DNA of 52,220 bases from Microthyrium microscopicum. Lineage: Eukaryota. Below the pieces are notes generated by a model. The model had not been told where the DNA came from and made no database searches. It worked only from the letters and a program-made list of their open reading frames with translations. Location: contig MU004239.1 in NCBI GenBank assembly GCA_010405405.1, positions 1,628,722-1,680,941 on the forward strand, written 5' to 3'. Positions 21,707 to 34,478 of the stretch are shown here, in pieces (positions within the stretch are counted from its first letter, which is position 1; every line of letters begins with the position of its first letter). The position numbers and the translations under genes were made by a program.

Positions 21707-24641
21707 TTTCAGTAATGGTAAAAGTCTATGGCCCGAGTTAGTAAGTAAGTGGAGGACAAAGTTCAAGCAGAAGTATGGCAGATGAGTAATGTTCTAATTC
21801 TTGATAGCGGTCAACCAAGGTTCAGTTTGCCGCACAACGTTAAGCAGAGTTGCTAGTGGCGATATGCAATCAAAGCAGAACTTTCAAGCCGCAAGAATAC
21901 AGAAACATAAAGGCTCAGATCAATTCGAATCTTTCATGGGAAATCAGAAGTCTAACATCTGATATGGAATTTTTTGATCATCATTGCAGGTGGGGAAATG
22001 ATAATTCTGGAAGACATGGCGTCAGAGATCCACTCACAAGGAAGTCAGAGTTTTATGATGCTGGCAAAGTTGCGAATAGGTTCTGCGCAAAGGCAGACAG
22101 GGCAGACTTTGGCCCGTTCAAAGGGGAAGAAAGTGAAGAAGATCGATACATTTTGGAGGTTTTTATCGGTGCAAGATTGCCGGACATGTGGTCACTTTTA
22201 AAGCTTTGCACTGGGCCCACTCACCCACTCTCTGGGGAAGGCGCGTCCCAAATTATTTGACGCCATGGCCATGTGCAGTTGAGTCGCGACCTCCTTCCGA
22301 CCACAACCGATCTCCCGTGCCTACCCCGACACTCCCGGCTTCAAAATGTTGCACTTGCCAAATGTTCCGACCAGCGGACCTTGGCGGGCGGACTAAATCG
22401 TGCCCAATATAACCACGACCTCAAGCCACTCGCAAGCCGCTTTAACCCTGACCCTTCACTATTTTCTTCTTCACCCACATTGACTTGCAACGCAACTTCA
22501 TCCCATTGCCGAAACAGTGAAAAACTCATCAACAATCCTCCTGCACTCTTCATTTCCATCAACAGCTGGCCTGACTTCTGTCTGTCCATCACTACTTGCG
22601 CATCATGACGAACCCTGGAACTGTCCTTCGTATCCCTCATTTGCAAGATTCGCTGGTCTACGTGGCGCTCTTTCAGAGTGTGAAAAATTCTTCATTTCTA
22701 CGTCAACAGCTCATCGAAGGTAACACAACCTACGAGTATGCCTTCTTAGATGCTTCAACCGTGATTCCCTCCAGTACAGCCCAGTAGATAGCACAGTCAT
22801 TCTGATTGGCATCTAGATCCTCTCCACTACTCATGTTCTTGCTGCCTGCTTCAGAGCCATCAACGATGCCACTGCCAACAGACTCCGAACACGCAATGTA
22901 CATTCTGAAATCGTCTTTGCACTGAGTCCCAACAATAATGTAGGTCTATTGTACCAACACATCTACTTTTGCCTTTTACGCAGGGACCGCCATCATAACC
23001 ATTGGGCGGTAACTTTTTCATCTAGGCATAGATCGATATCAAGTGCCTTTCTAATCCCGGTCCTTCTCAAGCTTTTGCTTCTATGGTCGTCTCGGGTTCG
23101 CTTTAGGCTTACATCCAAACTTTTGAAATCGTGACATTGACTGACATGTGTGACTTGACTAGATTGCGGAATCCTTCCGTCGCTTTGGTGTCGCTGATGA
23201 AACAACCTCACTGCTTGCAATTAAGGTTATTCCCACAACAGGAACAGCAGCAGGTGATTCTTCTGCAACAGATGCTATAGCTACTCACCTCAGAGGTGCT
23301 GTAGAGGGTGAACCTGCTCCATTTACTGATGAGGCTTTTGCTGGACTATCAGATGTGACCAGAATCCGCAAGCTATACAAAGCACCTGCACCTGGAAGCT
23401 CGCGAAAAAAGACTGGCGTCAATGGAACATCATCTTCACTCCAAGAGTTGAAGAGCTTGGAATCCATTATCATTGGATCCATGGCCATCAAAGGGTCATA
23501 GGCAAATTTGAACGTCTTCATCAAGAGTTATCTGCGTAGCAAAACCAGCTAAGTCAATGTCCAGCCGAGACGTATAGTCAGTCATCTGCGACTTGGATTT
23601 CGGTGGACTTTATATCACCACTTTGACAAGTTGAGAGAATGCTCAAGGTCATCACTGTCCAGGTTGAAGCAATATTGCTTGTCAGTTAGCCTGCGTCTGG
23701 ACTTTTCTCCTCAATGACAGGCTTGGAGAAGAAAATGTCGCGCCTCTTCGTAGCACTTCGAATCGGCCTGCACTGCACTTGAGGCCATGCTGCGGAACTG
23801 TGACCATGAGGTGTCAAACAAACCAGCTGCTGGGACGGATAACATCACCAATCTATATTTACCCTGACCAAATGTCCTAAGTTCAAAGATTTGCGAGGAC
23901 ACTGGAATGAATTGGGCCAGAGACATTGCTTCAATAGACTATGTCGTCTAATCCTAGCTGTATCACAGTGGCTTTACTTTACTTTAACATCACCTCGTCC
24001 ATGTGTCCATACATTCTGCCATCTAATGGTTTGAATTCTTCAATCAGAGTCCCTATCTAAGAGAATGAGTTTGCAGTAATGGTCAACCATATCGGGGGAT
24101 AAACGCAGTACAGGAGTTGTCTAAGTGTTAAAGGGAACAACAACCGGTGGACAAAATGATAGACGTGCTCCCATCGAGTTTAATGGCTCCCATATGACAC
24201 GCTTTGCTATCGATTGCTTTATTCCCCATTAAGGGCGTAGTAGCAGAGCCAAAATGCTCATCGTAGTGGCTGATAATGACGCGATCTTTCTCTCTAGCAT
24301 CGCACAAATTGGTGACAGAACTGTTTGTGTGGCCAGAAGTAGCTTTTGACGAAGAGATGAATGGTGGCGTTGATCTTTTCGCTGGAGTGCTGCTTTGTTG
24401 CGTGCTTTCTTTCAATATCATCCTCCTTTTGAACCTTCGCAAAATATGCATCGCATGCCTCAGTTGACCACTTGGTTTGATCGTAGAGCCGTGGAATGTT
24501 GGGGTCAGCAATATCTCCTCCGTAACTGAGCGGTGGATCATATGCAATAGGACAGGTATTCTCTGTCATCTTGTCGTAGACTCTCCAGCGAGGAGCAGTC
24601 TTACACAAAGAGTCAGACTTGTTTTGAAAATCATGTTGCGA

Positions 24642-25388
24642 CTAGCCAAGCCATGTCTCGCCGTCGTCTTCCTGCTGCGCCTCGGCATGTTCTCTAGATT
24701 ACACTGAGCTGATGTGCCACGGTGGGAGACCTGGCGGCTTCATGACTTACCCAATCAGGTTGCCAGAGTGAACTGTGCGATGCCAGAGGAACCAAAGTTT
24801 TCTCATTGTAATCCAGATCCATCCAGGATAGCCGGAGTCTTGCCCAGTGTGATCTCGCCCTCGCCCCCGTCCAGTATTGGCTGCTGGCGGTGCAGGCCGG
24901 GGACTGAATGTCGCATCTACAACTTTCAAGCGTTGCTTTTGCCATTCGGGCCCAAATCTCTCTCCATCGTAAGAATCATCAGGGGCATTGATGATGTTGC
25001 TCAAAACTTCCTCGTCGATCATGACAAACGAGCGATTGTCCGGTCCCCACCCGGCAAGTCTTCGATCATGGTTGTCGAGCCTTGCTAAGAAATGGCGACG
25101 CAAGTCGTCTGATGTTGCTTGGTTGAAAGCTTCTGGATCCTGAAGAACATTATTCTGATACCCGGTCATGATTGCATCTGCCACCTGGCGACGCCCTTCG
25201 GTTGGGTGTGGACTACGGTACAGGTCTTCACGGATGTAGCGGTCCAGCTTTTCCATAGCCAGAGGAAAATCTTCGTCAGAGCTTGGCGTGTAAACTGTGC
25301 GATAGATCACATATCCCCAAGTCTCTGAGTCGGTTTTGCGAAATTCATCGATCATACCATTTTCGTCAAATAGGCCGTCGTCCGCCAT
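24642..25388 (-). CDS. Hypothetical protein with the fungal WG(F/Y)VIYRT.Y motif; intron 24750-24694
   Basis: ORF with WGYVIYRTVYT...FVMIDEEVLSNI...YPGWIWI. A gtaagt..tag intron adds a short final exon (EHAEAQQEDDGETWLG*). Confidence 0.8.
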
Positions 25389-25499
25389 GATAAATTGGGA
25401 GAGCTGTGTTAGGAAAAGCGTTGAGAAAGTTGCGGTCAGTTAGCAAGATTATAACGAGCTACGGAAGTTGGACGAGTAGAAAACCAGATTATATTTTGG

Positions 25500-26250
25500 A
25501 GTCTATTATATTCGTAAAGCTTTATAGTAAATATGATAGAGCCCTTAAACTAAAAGTACGGATAGTACTAATATTTTTATAGGGACTGATAGTGAGTTTT
25601 TCTTTATCTAAAGTATAGGGCTTTGGGAACATGCCTTTCGTCTTACGTTTTCGTTCTTCGCGCTTACCCATACTCTCTTGAGGCAGACGGTACTTCGGTA
25701 ACAAGATATTGATGCTTCTTAACTTGTTCTGGAAGCGCTATTGGGCTCGTGACTTTATCTTTGGAATCTGAGCTAGTGTTTTCTCGGTAATATATTGGTA
25801 TATGACACTACCTAATATAGTCGACGTCCAGCTTCTCGTTGAAAGGGGCCAGTGTGTTATTAAATGTGTAAGCGTGAGGTAGGTAGCGCTTTAAGAACAA
25901 GCTTTGTATACCTCTAAACTTCTGTTCGCGTTCTTTGCGCCTGTTCGTACTACTTTGAGGAGTGATTATACATAGGTAGTAAAGCTTCTTCTGACCCAGC
26001 TTTTGACTCTCGCCTCGAATGAGACAGGAGCGAGTCAGGAGAAATCATGTGGATACCTACTACTACTAGGACGAATTCGACTAATTAGTTCGGGACGTAT
26101 TCGACATTCTCCGGTTGGGTCCTCGTTATCTGATAGCCTTCGCGGTGTTACATATTGTGTACTTATCACTAACAACTATCTTGAGTCAATGAGGAGAGCC
26201 GATAGACATGAGGGTCCTTGCTATAAATTCCAAAGAACTTGTGACCAGAC
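25500..26250. other. Partially RIP-like mutated remnant of unknown origin
   Basis: Local enrichment of TA/TAG relative to the flanking genes and broken minus-strand reading frames; no diagnostic motif. Confidence 0.35.
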
Positions 26251-27453
26251 CGAAGTCTTATAGCAATATCTAGTGCAGCCCATGCATCTCGATATGGACC
26301 TCCAGAGAATAAAGAATCAACACAGTCGTCGGCGATTCCATTTCTCAGTGATACTTGTGGCGTTTACATTTTACATTGACTTCCTTCTTCGTTGACTATA
26401 AGTACATGCTTTGACTCGCTCATTCATGAACAGCCTATTCAGGTCCTGCGACTTTCAGCTTCATTGCATCTTCTACTTCATTTAGAAGACAGTCTTCGGT
26501 CATCATGCGTCTCACCTCTTCTACCTTGCTACACTAAGAGCCGCCGAGCAGGTTCAAGAATATCAACAAGTCGGCGAAAGTAAGTCAACTCATCCCTGCG
26601 AGATTCTTCATGCTCACGAGGGCTCCCAGGCTGCGTAAAAGGACTAGTGTGTGTAAAGAGCCTGAGGAGAGTTGGACCACGGGGCCTACTCAAGGTGACA
26701 TGCGAGACGTGTGAATTCTTCAATTCAGAAGGCGTTTGCTGTCCAAATGACGACCGTGAGTCTCCGGTTCTCTTTGATTCATTTGACTAGGTAACTCAAG
26801 GTGCAGCTTGTGATTCTGGGGAGCCACAAGTCCCCAAGATCATCTCTAAGATATGCCGTGGCACACCACCTGTTTGCGTCTAGTCATGGTTTCTATAGTC
26901 TTTTTCCTACAGAAAACACGAGAAAGTTTGCAGGTTTTATTCGCCCTGGACGTGTCGTCGACGTGGCGGAAACGGCGAGAGGCTGTGAGGGATGACGGGG
27001 GTCCACGAGTGTCTTCCTTTTTGAGAGTGGTGGGAAGGCAGACTGAAGGCACATATAATTAGAGTACGAAGAGATGAGATGGTCTACTACAGATGATTCG
27101 CGTAAGTTCGGTGTTATATTCTAGAGCAGATCCCGAATTTGGTGGCTACATTGCTGTTGCTGGAAAAAGCTGGGCTTACGGTTACTAGTGCAAAGCTACA
27201 GCTTTGCATGACGTTCTAGTTGCTTTTGAATTCGTGTGAAGTGATTCGAGATCAAAGCCTTGCGTTCCTTGTGTGTTCCTTTGCTAGAATTGTGCTGCCA
27301 TTTTCCACCATGCTCGGACATGATGTGGAAACCTAAGGAGTAACAATGCAAAGTATATGCTTGGGAGCGAAGGGAGTGTCAGGATCAGCCTCGCCGTTCT
27401 CTCAAATTTGGAACCGCGTTGTTTCACAGAAAGCCCGATCGCTACGTTGGTGT

Positions 27454-28825
27454 TCATGAAATTAGAGGAATGTTGGAAGTCGCTTTTATGGTGTAGCCAG
27501 CCATAAGCCAATGGCCAGCTTCAAGCAATATTTCCCGAGTCTTGTTGTATTTGGCCGCCATACTCAAGCGACATCTTGCACGATCTATTTCCAGAATAGA
27601 ACTCCATCCATAATACAATTCCAAGGTCTCTACTTCCTCGCGTATCATGTCAACGACTTTACTCACATCCTGAGACGAAACCAGCAGAACAGTTCTCAGA
27701 TTCCAAGCTGCAACTTCATGAAAATTGGTTGGTATGCCAATGAGTTCGGGCATTTTTACGTATTAAGTACCTAAGTAATACTATATTCGTTGAAAACGAA
27801 ATATAGTGCTGCACGATGTCCGGTGGAACATAGTAGTGCAAGAACTTACATACAAGGTTAATGTCAACAAGAACTAGACACAGCTTTCCTTCCAGTTGGG
27901 ATGGATCACCAAGGGAACTGGCTACGGCGCTGAGGGCTATCTCTTCAGTCGATTCCCGAAGGGTTCCTGTTTGGGAAGCGATGTGCAGGCTTGTGGGATG
28001 TTGGTGAATTTGTGTAGATCTACAGGGGCTTGCCAGGCGTCGTGTCTTTGACTCGTGAGCATCCCTTGTTCTAGAGCTGTGTTCGCTCTCGTCTTCAAAG
28101 CGAACAAGTCGTTTTCAATTCGCAGTCTATCTGTTTCCATATCTGATGTTGATGACCTTGAAGCGATCGAAGCCCAGAACGTCCTGCGATCTTGTCTGGA
28201 AAGTGATGAATCCTCGCCGAAGAAGCTTATGAATCGATCTTGAACTACCCCGATGGAGCCGTTGATTCATCAAGGAACGGATTGGTACGTTCGTTCCCAA
28301 ATCTTGTTACATGAAGAATCCCATATCTGTGTTCCATGCCTTCCACAGTATTGTCCCAATCAGAGGTTAAGGTTGGATGTGTTCTTATTTCACTCTTGAC
28401 CTGTACATCCGAAAATAAGATGTTGTGTGTGAGGCGAGATGTTTCCGTGCTAGCATCTGCTGAGAATTCTGGCGGCTGAATGGCTCGGATGAAGTTATCT
28501 ATCATATCAAGATATGCCGATGTCCGGTTGTGGTACGAAGATTGAATACCACGATAGCCACTGGCTTTGGCGAGATGGCTGATTTCTGACCACCACACTC
28601 GCTCCAAGCCTGGATCTTCCCCTTTTTGATATCTTTGATTGCGACGAGGGGTTTTCCGAGTAGGGTCGGGAAAGTGTTGGAGTACTGCCAGCCACAGTTG
28701 ACGGTACGTAATCTCAGCGGAACAGCTTGTGTTGAAAGATCGTTCTTCAACTCGAACCCGCCAACCTGAATCTGAATTGTTTCTGTTTTGTTGTGCAGTC
28801 CTCTAACATGTCTATTTTTAGACAA
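27454..28825 (-). pseudogene. Probable fragmented gene of unknown family
   Basis: Series of consecutive protein-like minus-strand ORFs (28825-28502, 28607-28245, 28140-27937, 27753-27454) separated by frameshifts and stops; no recognisable domain. Confidence 0.35.
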
Positions 28826-29009
28826 TTCACACTTCGTAGGGAGAATTTGTCTTAGAATCTATCCTCCCGGTTCAAGATACTTTACGTTTTGCAATACTTC
28901 AGTCAGTAGAGTTGCATTCGCTTGACCTAGGCTCCGAGCCCTTCATTCAAGTCTCACGACGAGGTCAATTTCGTTCACTCGGTCCAAGGCCTGTGAGTTT
29001 GCGAATACT

Positions 29010-29470
29010 TCGCCAAGCTCCCCATTCAAGTTTCATAACGAGATCAACAACCGGTTGGAGAGAATCAGCTAACACACCGTCTCCCTATTCTTCGCAGAGA
29101 TAGAAAATACCCTCGAGCTCGCCATAAATTTCATAACAACTGGTTGGAAGAATCTTCGAGACATACCATCTCCCTTTTGTTCCCAGAGATAGAGGACATT
29201 ATCCATGCTTCCCATACAAGTCTCATGACGAGACCAACAACTGGTTGAGGAAGACCTGGTCACTTGCAGAAACCAGTATCAATGTCGTTCGCTAGGCCCA
29301 GCCCGTCAACGAACTCGCCGTCAAGCTCGCCATCAAAATCTCACAACGAGATCAATAACTGGCTGGGCAGAAGTCAACAGCAGTTTCATTTGCTCGGCCC
29401 AGCCCTTCAACGAACACGCCGCCAAGCTCGCCATCAAAATCCCACGACGAGATCAGTAACTGATTGAGAA
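29010..29470. repeat. Degenerate array of about 100-bp period, 5 copies
   Basis: Core AAGCTCGCCATCAAAATCTCACAACGAGATCAATAACTGG recurs in variant form at about 29013, 29113, 29205, 29322 and 29422. Confidence 0.75.
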
Positions 29471-29744
29471 AATTTTGCCACAAGGAGAAGAACAGATCGG
29501 GAAGAGAATGACAGCGAGATGTAGACTTGGACGAAAAGGAAAATACTCACGAGGAGCTGGCAAGAATGTTAAGAGTCATGGGATCTGAAATTTATCTGCA
29601 TTTTCTCCCCTTTAGCTAACTTGAGCAAGTAAAAGTGAATCGAAGGGGTATAGAAGCTAGCCAAAGCAAGTGAAAATGAAACGACAAAGCATAGAGGTTA
29701 CTCAATGGAATTGAGAGTAAGAAATCGAGACACACAGAGTAGAG

Positions 29745-30841
29745 CAGAGGTTAGTCGACGCACGGAGAAGTCAACCGATGAGACACGTAAGTTACCTAAT
29801 AAAACATGGAGAGGAACCGATGGGGTTAGAAGGGTACCGACGGAATATGGTCGGTACTGACGTTACTTAACAGGTTCAGAGGTAAAGCAATAGAATTAAA
29901 AGTAGAGGTCAGTCGACCCACGAAGAACCAAACCGATAGAATATGGAGGGTACCAAATTAGACATAGAAGGCAGCCGATAGAGTTGGAAGGGTACCGAGG
30001 GGATATAGCGAGCACCGACGGAATATAGAAATTACTTAAGTGGCTTCGAGATGAATTGATAAGGTTAGAAGTAGAGGTTAGTCGACGCATGAAGAAACAA
30101 ACCAATAGAACGTGAAAGGTACCCAGTGAAACATAGAAGGTAACCGATAGCGTTAGAAGGGTACCGACGGGATATAGACAGAACCGACAGGATATAGAGG
30201 TTGTCTAACAAGCTTGGTGAGGATCGGTAGTAGAGGTAGTCGACGCACGAGGAAGTAAGCCGACGGAACATGAAAGATACCAAATGAAAGACAGAAGACA
30301 ACTGATGGGATTGTATGGAGCCGACGGGATATAGAGATCAACTGGTGTAATTTTCCTATGCAAGAAGCTTAGTAAGGATTAGTAGTAGAGGTTAGTCAAC
30401 GTACGAAGAAGTAAGCCAACAGAATATAAAAGATACTAAATAAAAGATAAAAGACAGCTAATAGGATTGTATAGAATCAACGGGGTATAGAGATCAACTA
30501 GCGCAGTTTTCCTATGCAAGAAGCCTGGTAAGGATTAGTAGTAAAGGTTAGTCGACGCACGAAGAAGTAAGCCGACAGAACATAAAAGATACTAAATGAA
30601 AGATAGAAGATAGCCGATAGTATTATATAGAACTAACGAGGTATAGAGATTAACTAGCGCAGTTTTCCTATATAAGAAGCCTAGTAAGGATTAGTAGTAG
30701 AGGTTAGTCAACGTACGAAGAAGTAAGCTAATAGAATATAAAAGATACTAAATAAAAGACAGAAGATAGCTAATAGTATTGTATAGAACCGACGGGGTAT
30801 AGAGATCAACTGGCGCAGTTTTCCTATGCAAGAAGCCTGGT
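29745..30841. repeat. Tandem repeat of 155-168-bp units, 7 copies, right-hand copies RIP-mutated
   Basis: Anchor AGAGGTTAGTCGACGCACGAAGAA at about 29746, 29904, 30072, 30231, 30386, 30542 and 30698. Confidence 0.92.
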
Positions 30842-31479
30842 ACGTTGAACAGGCGTAGAGAGAGAGTAGAGGACTGAAGTTGCAGTTGCCACGAGAAGAC
30901 CACGTTCACACATGCATGTTGCGATAACCGCCACATTTTGCCGCTGTAAAGATAGCCGCGGCTTGCCCCAACTTCCGGTCATTTGTAAATAAAGCCAAGC
31001 TGTCCATTTACTACCCGACGACCTGTACGACTTTGTACAATATGCTATGCTATGCAATAGTAAAGTTGCCTTTTCTCAGTCAACTCACCGCGCTGCCTCC
31101 TAATTCCCTCTCGCGTACTTCCTCTCGCGCACTTCCTCCCATTCGACAATGACAGCATCTTTTCAACCTCCTTCACTCGGCGAAAGAGTACGAACAGCAT
31201 TGCAAATGTCTTGCGCGACCTCCAGACATGCGTGTCACACCTTGAACCCCCATCGAAGAACTGCTTAGACTCCTCAATACCAGACTCTGTGGGAAATTCT
31301 TCTCGACTACAATGTCGCAAGCCAGGAGTAGCGAATCGACATGGGAACGTGGACGGAGGATCTTGTCTTATTGGGCGTAGAAGCACAAGAAACTGCAATG
31401 ACCTCCTTCCAAAGCAGGTTTTGAAACCGCTACATTGCTCTTTCTGGGCTTGGCCTGTTGGCAGCTTCGGCACCAATCT

Positions 31480-32030
31480 CCAGCTCGCCGCTCTTACTCA
31501 CATCCTCCAAGCCCACATCCGCCAGAGTCCAAGCCCACATCTTCCAAGCCCACATCCTCCAAACCTACATCCTCCCTTCGCCGTCCTCCCTGCGCCGTCG
31601 TGGGTCATCATACGAACCTACACTCTTCGAGTTTATGGCCTTCCGGCGCCGTCGCAGCTCGTCCAGCTCGCCCCCCCAGCTCGCCCCCCCAGCTCGTCTC
31701 TCCAGCTCGTCTCTCCAGCTCGCCCCCCCAGCTCGTCTCTCCAGCTCGTACCTCCAGCTCGTCCCTCCAGCTCGCCGCTCTTGCTCACACCCTCTAAGCC
31801 TACATCCTCCATGCGCCGTCGTAGCTCATCCTTCAAACTCACACCTCCAAACTCACACCCTCCGAGCTTGTGGCCTCCGAGCTTGCGGCCTCCCTGCGCC
31901 GTCACAGCAGCCTCATAACTCGTTCACCAGATCGCCGCTCTTGCTCACATCCTCTAAGCTTGTATCCTCTCGGCACCATCGTATCTCGTCCTCCGAAGTC
32001 GAATCCTCCCTGCGCCGTGAAAGCTCTTTC
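31480..32030. repeat. C-rich nested repeat region with a 13-bp minisatellite (CCAGCTCG+5 nt, about 10 copies, 31655-31778)
   Basis: The minisatellite plus longer recurring blocks: CTCGCCGCTCTT(A/G)CTCACA(T/C)CCTC at about 31484, 31771 and 31932, and TGCGCCGT at about 31591, 31812, 31895 and 32011. Confidence 0.85.
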
Positions 32031-32341
32031 CTACGGCCTCTGCAATTCCCCGCCGTTCTAGGCTCTTTCATAGTCAGGGAATTGAGCCCGGACTTTTCGC
32101 TGTTAAATGCAAGCTGTGTTCGGTACCGTCAAGGAAGGCTGCGGGCTTATCTTCACTCCTATCAGCACAACGAGATATGAATATGAGAGGCCGTAGTAGA
32201 AGTGGTTTATAATTATAATGTACAACACAAGTTTTTATAATTAAGTTGGCCATCATCCGTTAATAGTCTTTGAGCTTTCTGCCTTTCGCCTAGCCAGGTT
32301 GTGAATCTGCAGCAATTTACAATCATGAAAGAGATAATGCA

Positions 32342-33415
32342 TTATTCGACTCTTTCTGCAATGAAACAAATTGCCTTGAGCTCATTAGGCAATCTATCTG
32401 GGTACCGCGTATCCCAGAAGAAGGTACCCCCGAACCAATCTTGATCCTCTTGATCGAGGCCGAGCTGATCAAACCCGATCAATTGAGCTCGAACATCCCA
32501 CTTAATAGTCTGCTCACCATAATCTGGACTCGCGAGGATGTTGCAGAACGTTTTGAGAGTAAAGACGGCCCCTCGCCCGCCGTCTCCAAACTCTTTACCA
32601 AAGCCTTTACCAAACTTTTTTTCTGGTGGCTCTCCGACCTGGCCAACCACCCATCCATACATCTTGGTGCCGACTCTGCTGGCTCGGTTGATGCTGTCAA
32701 GGATCGCTCCAACGTACTTGCCCCCCAAAAATGACAGGACATCATTGAGAAGATAGATGTCCGCTTTGTCCAGGAATTGTCCCAACGCGCTGAGTGGCAG
32801 ATCCTCCAAGCCAGGCTGTTTCGATCTGATATCGAGTTCCACGAATGAGAAGCTCTTTTCTGGGTCTTCGTTTTTGAAGAGAGAGCACCCAAGTTCCCAC
32901 AGCTTTGGATGACGATCAACCCCAATCAGTTCCCCCGTTGCACCATCGGCACGCAGTCTACGTAAGTCCTGGCCTAACCCGCAGCCAAGATCCACGATGG
33001 TCGCTCCTTGTCTGGCCGCATGTTGAAGCTCGCGGTAGTATGGGTTCGCAGCTATAATATTTTTCAGAAACCAGAATCTTGCGAAACAGAGTTCCTGGAC
33101 AACCTGCCATGTCGCTTCTTGAACCTCGCGGAAACATTGTTCCAGTTCATCGCTGTCATCGATGCCCGTATGGTCACGCCAGAACAGTTCGTCCTTGAGA
33201 CTGAGCGGGGCGTGAGTATCCCTCCAGTATCTCAGGTCGATTATCCTCTTCGATGCTTCGGGATAAACCTTCCAGAGAAGCACCCTCAGGATAGATGGCG
33301 GAGGCTCCGTATCGTGCGGCGCCGGATAGCTGTTGTAGCCACCTCCTCGATTGATTGGGTCGTCTGGGTAACGCCACCAGGTCCATGGAGTGATCTTTCG
33401 TAACCTGCTTTGCAT
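32342..33415 (-). CDS. Class I SAM-dependent methyltransferase, AusD/Trt5-like fungal family
   Basis: Motif I IVDLGCGLGQDLRRLRADGA, LIGVD, WELGCSLF. Upstream EATWQVVQELCFARFWFL corresponds to the family AW...YPCIG.F.FL motif. Single-exon 357 aa ORF. Confidence 0.85.
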   Translation of the reverse strand: MQSRLRKITPWTWWRYPDDPINRGGGYNSYPAPHDTEPPPSILRVLLWKVYPEASKRIIDLRYWRDTHAPLSLKDELFWRDHTGIDDSDELEQCFREVQEATWQVVQELCFARFWFLKNIIAANPYYRELQHAARQGATIVDLGCGLGQDLRRLRADGATGELIGVDRHPKLWELGCSLFKNEDPEKSFSFVELDIRSKQPGLEDLPLSALGQFLDKADIYLLNDVLSFLGGKYVGAILDSINRASRVGTKMYGWVVGQVGEPPEKKFGKGFGKEFGDGGRGAVFTLKTFCNILASPDYGEQTIKWDVRAQLIGFDQLGLDQEDQDWFGGTFFWDTRYPDRLPNELKAICFIAERVE

Positions 33416-33599
33416 TTTGAATCGAAATCAGAGGTGTTATGCTCGACATGAAATGCGACCTTGATGGTCGCTAAGCATCGTGAATGACTCAAAGTTATAA
33501 ACAGGACTACTGGAAGGATACCTTATTAAAGTATACGTGGATAACACGTTTTCGTCCTAGGTACCTAGCTTGTAATCTGGCCACCTTGGCGTAGTAATA

Positions 33600-34325
33600 C
33601 TAAGGTAGGAAAATACAAGGAATATACGGCTCTTATATATAGAAAGTAGTTAAAGCTACTATATCTTAATTAGCTAGTAACTACTATTTAATATTATTCT
33701 AAATATTCTACTAAATAGACTTTATATTATTTTTTAAAGTTTTATTATATAAATATATTATAAAAAACTTAGTATTTATTATATATAAAACTATATATTA
33801 TACTAAAAAAGTTATTTTTAAATAAAATAACTATATATTTTATTAGAAATATTATAAAACTATTTAAAATATTTATATTATAAACTAACTAATTTTTTTT
33901 AATTTTTTTTTAATTAGTTTTATATTTCTAGTTTATAAATAAAATAATACTTAGTTTAATTTTAACTAACTTATTACTTAGTTTATACTACTACTAATTA
34001 AAGTACTAACTTTTAACTACTTTTTTATTATAACTTTATTAGTCTACGTAATATTAGAAAATAATAAATAATTCTAGTTAATATCTTTAGTTAACTCTAC
34101 TTAAAAACCTTTTTAGGGTTAAGCTAGTAATAAAGCCTAGAAATAAGCTACTAAGTACTATCTTTAAATACTTCTATAATATACTAAGTAGATGATTTTA
34201 GAACGTTACGGCTTAAAATACTGTTTTAAATTAAGTATATAGCTTCTAATTAAACGTCTTAAGATCTCTATTGAAAATAGGCGTAAGAACACTAATTATA
34301 TCTATCTTAAAGTTCTATTTATTAG
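33600..34325. mobile_element. AT-rich RIP-degraded repeat island
   Basis: Abrupt drop to very low GC, dominated by TA/TAG/CTA and depleted of CA/TG. Confidence 0.75.
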
Positions 34326-34478
34326 GAATAAGACTCCCTAAAGATCCGCGATTTAGCTTCCACATATTGAATGTTACAGGGATTTAATGGCACCAAGTAT
34401 TCTATAAGATTGCGTCCTACAGCTCGACGTGTCGCCATTCGATGCCCACACCAGCAGCTCCAGAATTTTCTGCACGAC

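Noticed and set aside
22341..23926. Possible multi-exon minus-strand gene (ORFs 23926-23711, 23524-23285, 23220-22993, 22646-22341)
   Set aside because: No consistent spliced frame could be built and no motif was recognised; may be a remnant.
29010..30841. CRISPR-like look of the repeat arrays
   Set aside because: Fungal context, degenerate repeats, spacers related to each other, and no cas genes.
31211..32180. 235- and 240-aa Pro/Ser-rich ORFs as real proteins
   Set aside because: The frames stay open because the C-rich repeats lack stop codons; the starts are non-ATG and no domain is recognisable.
33485..33491. TGACTCA upstream of the methyltransferase
   Set aside because: Single 7-mer with no pathway rationale; could be chance.
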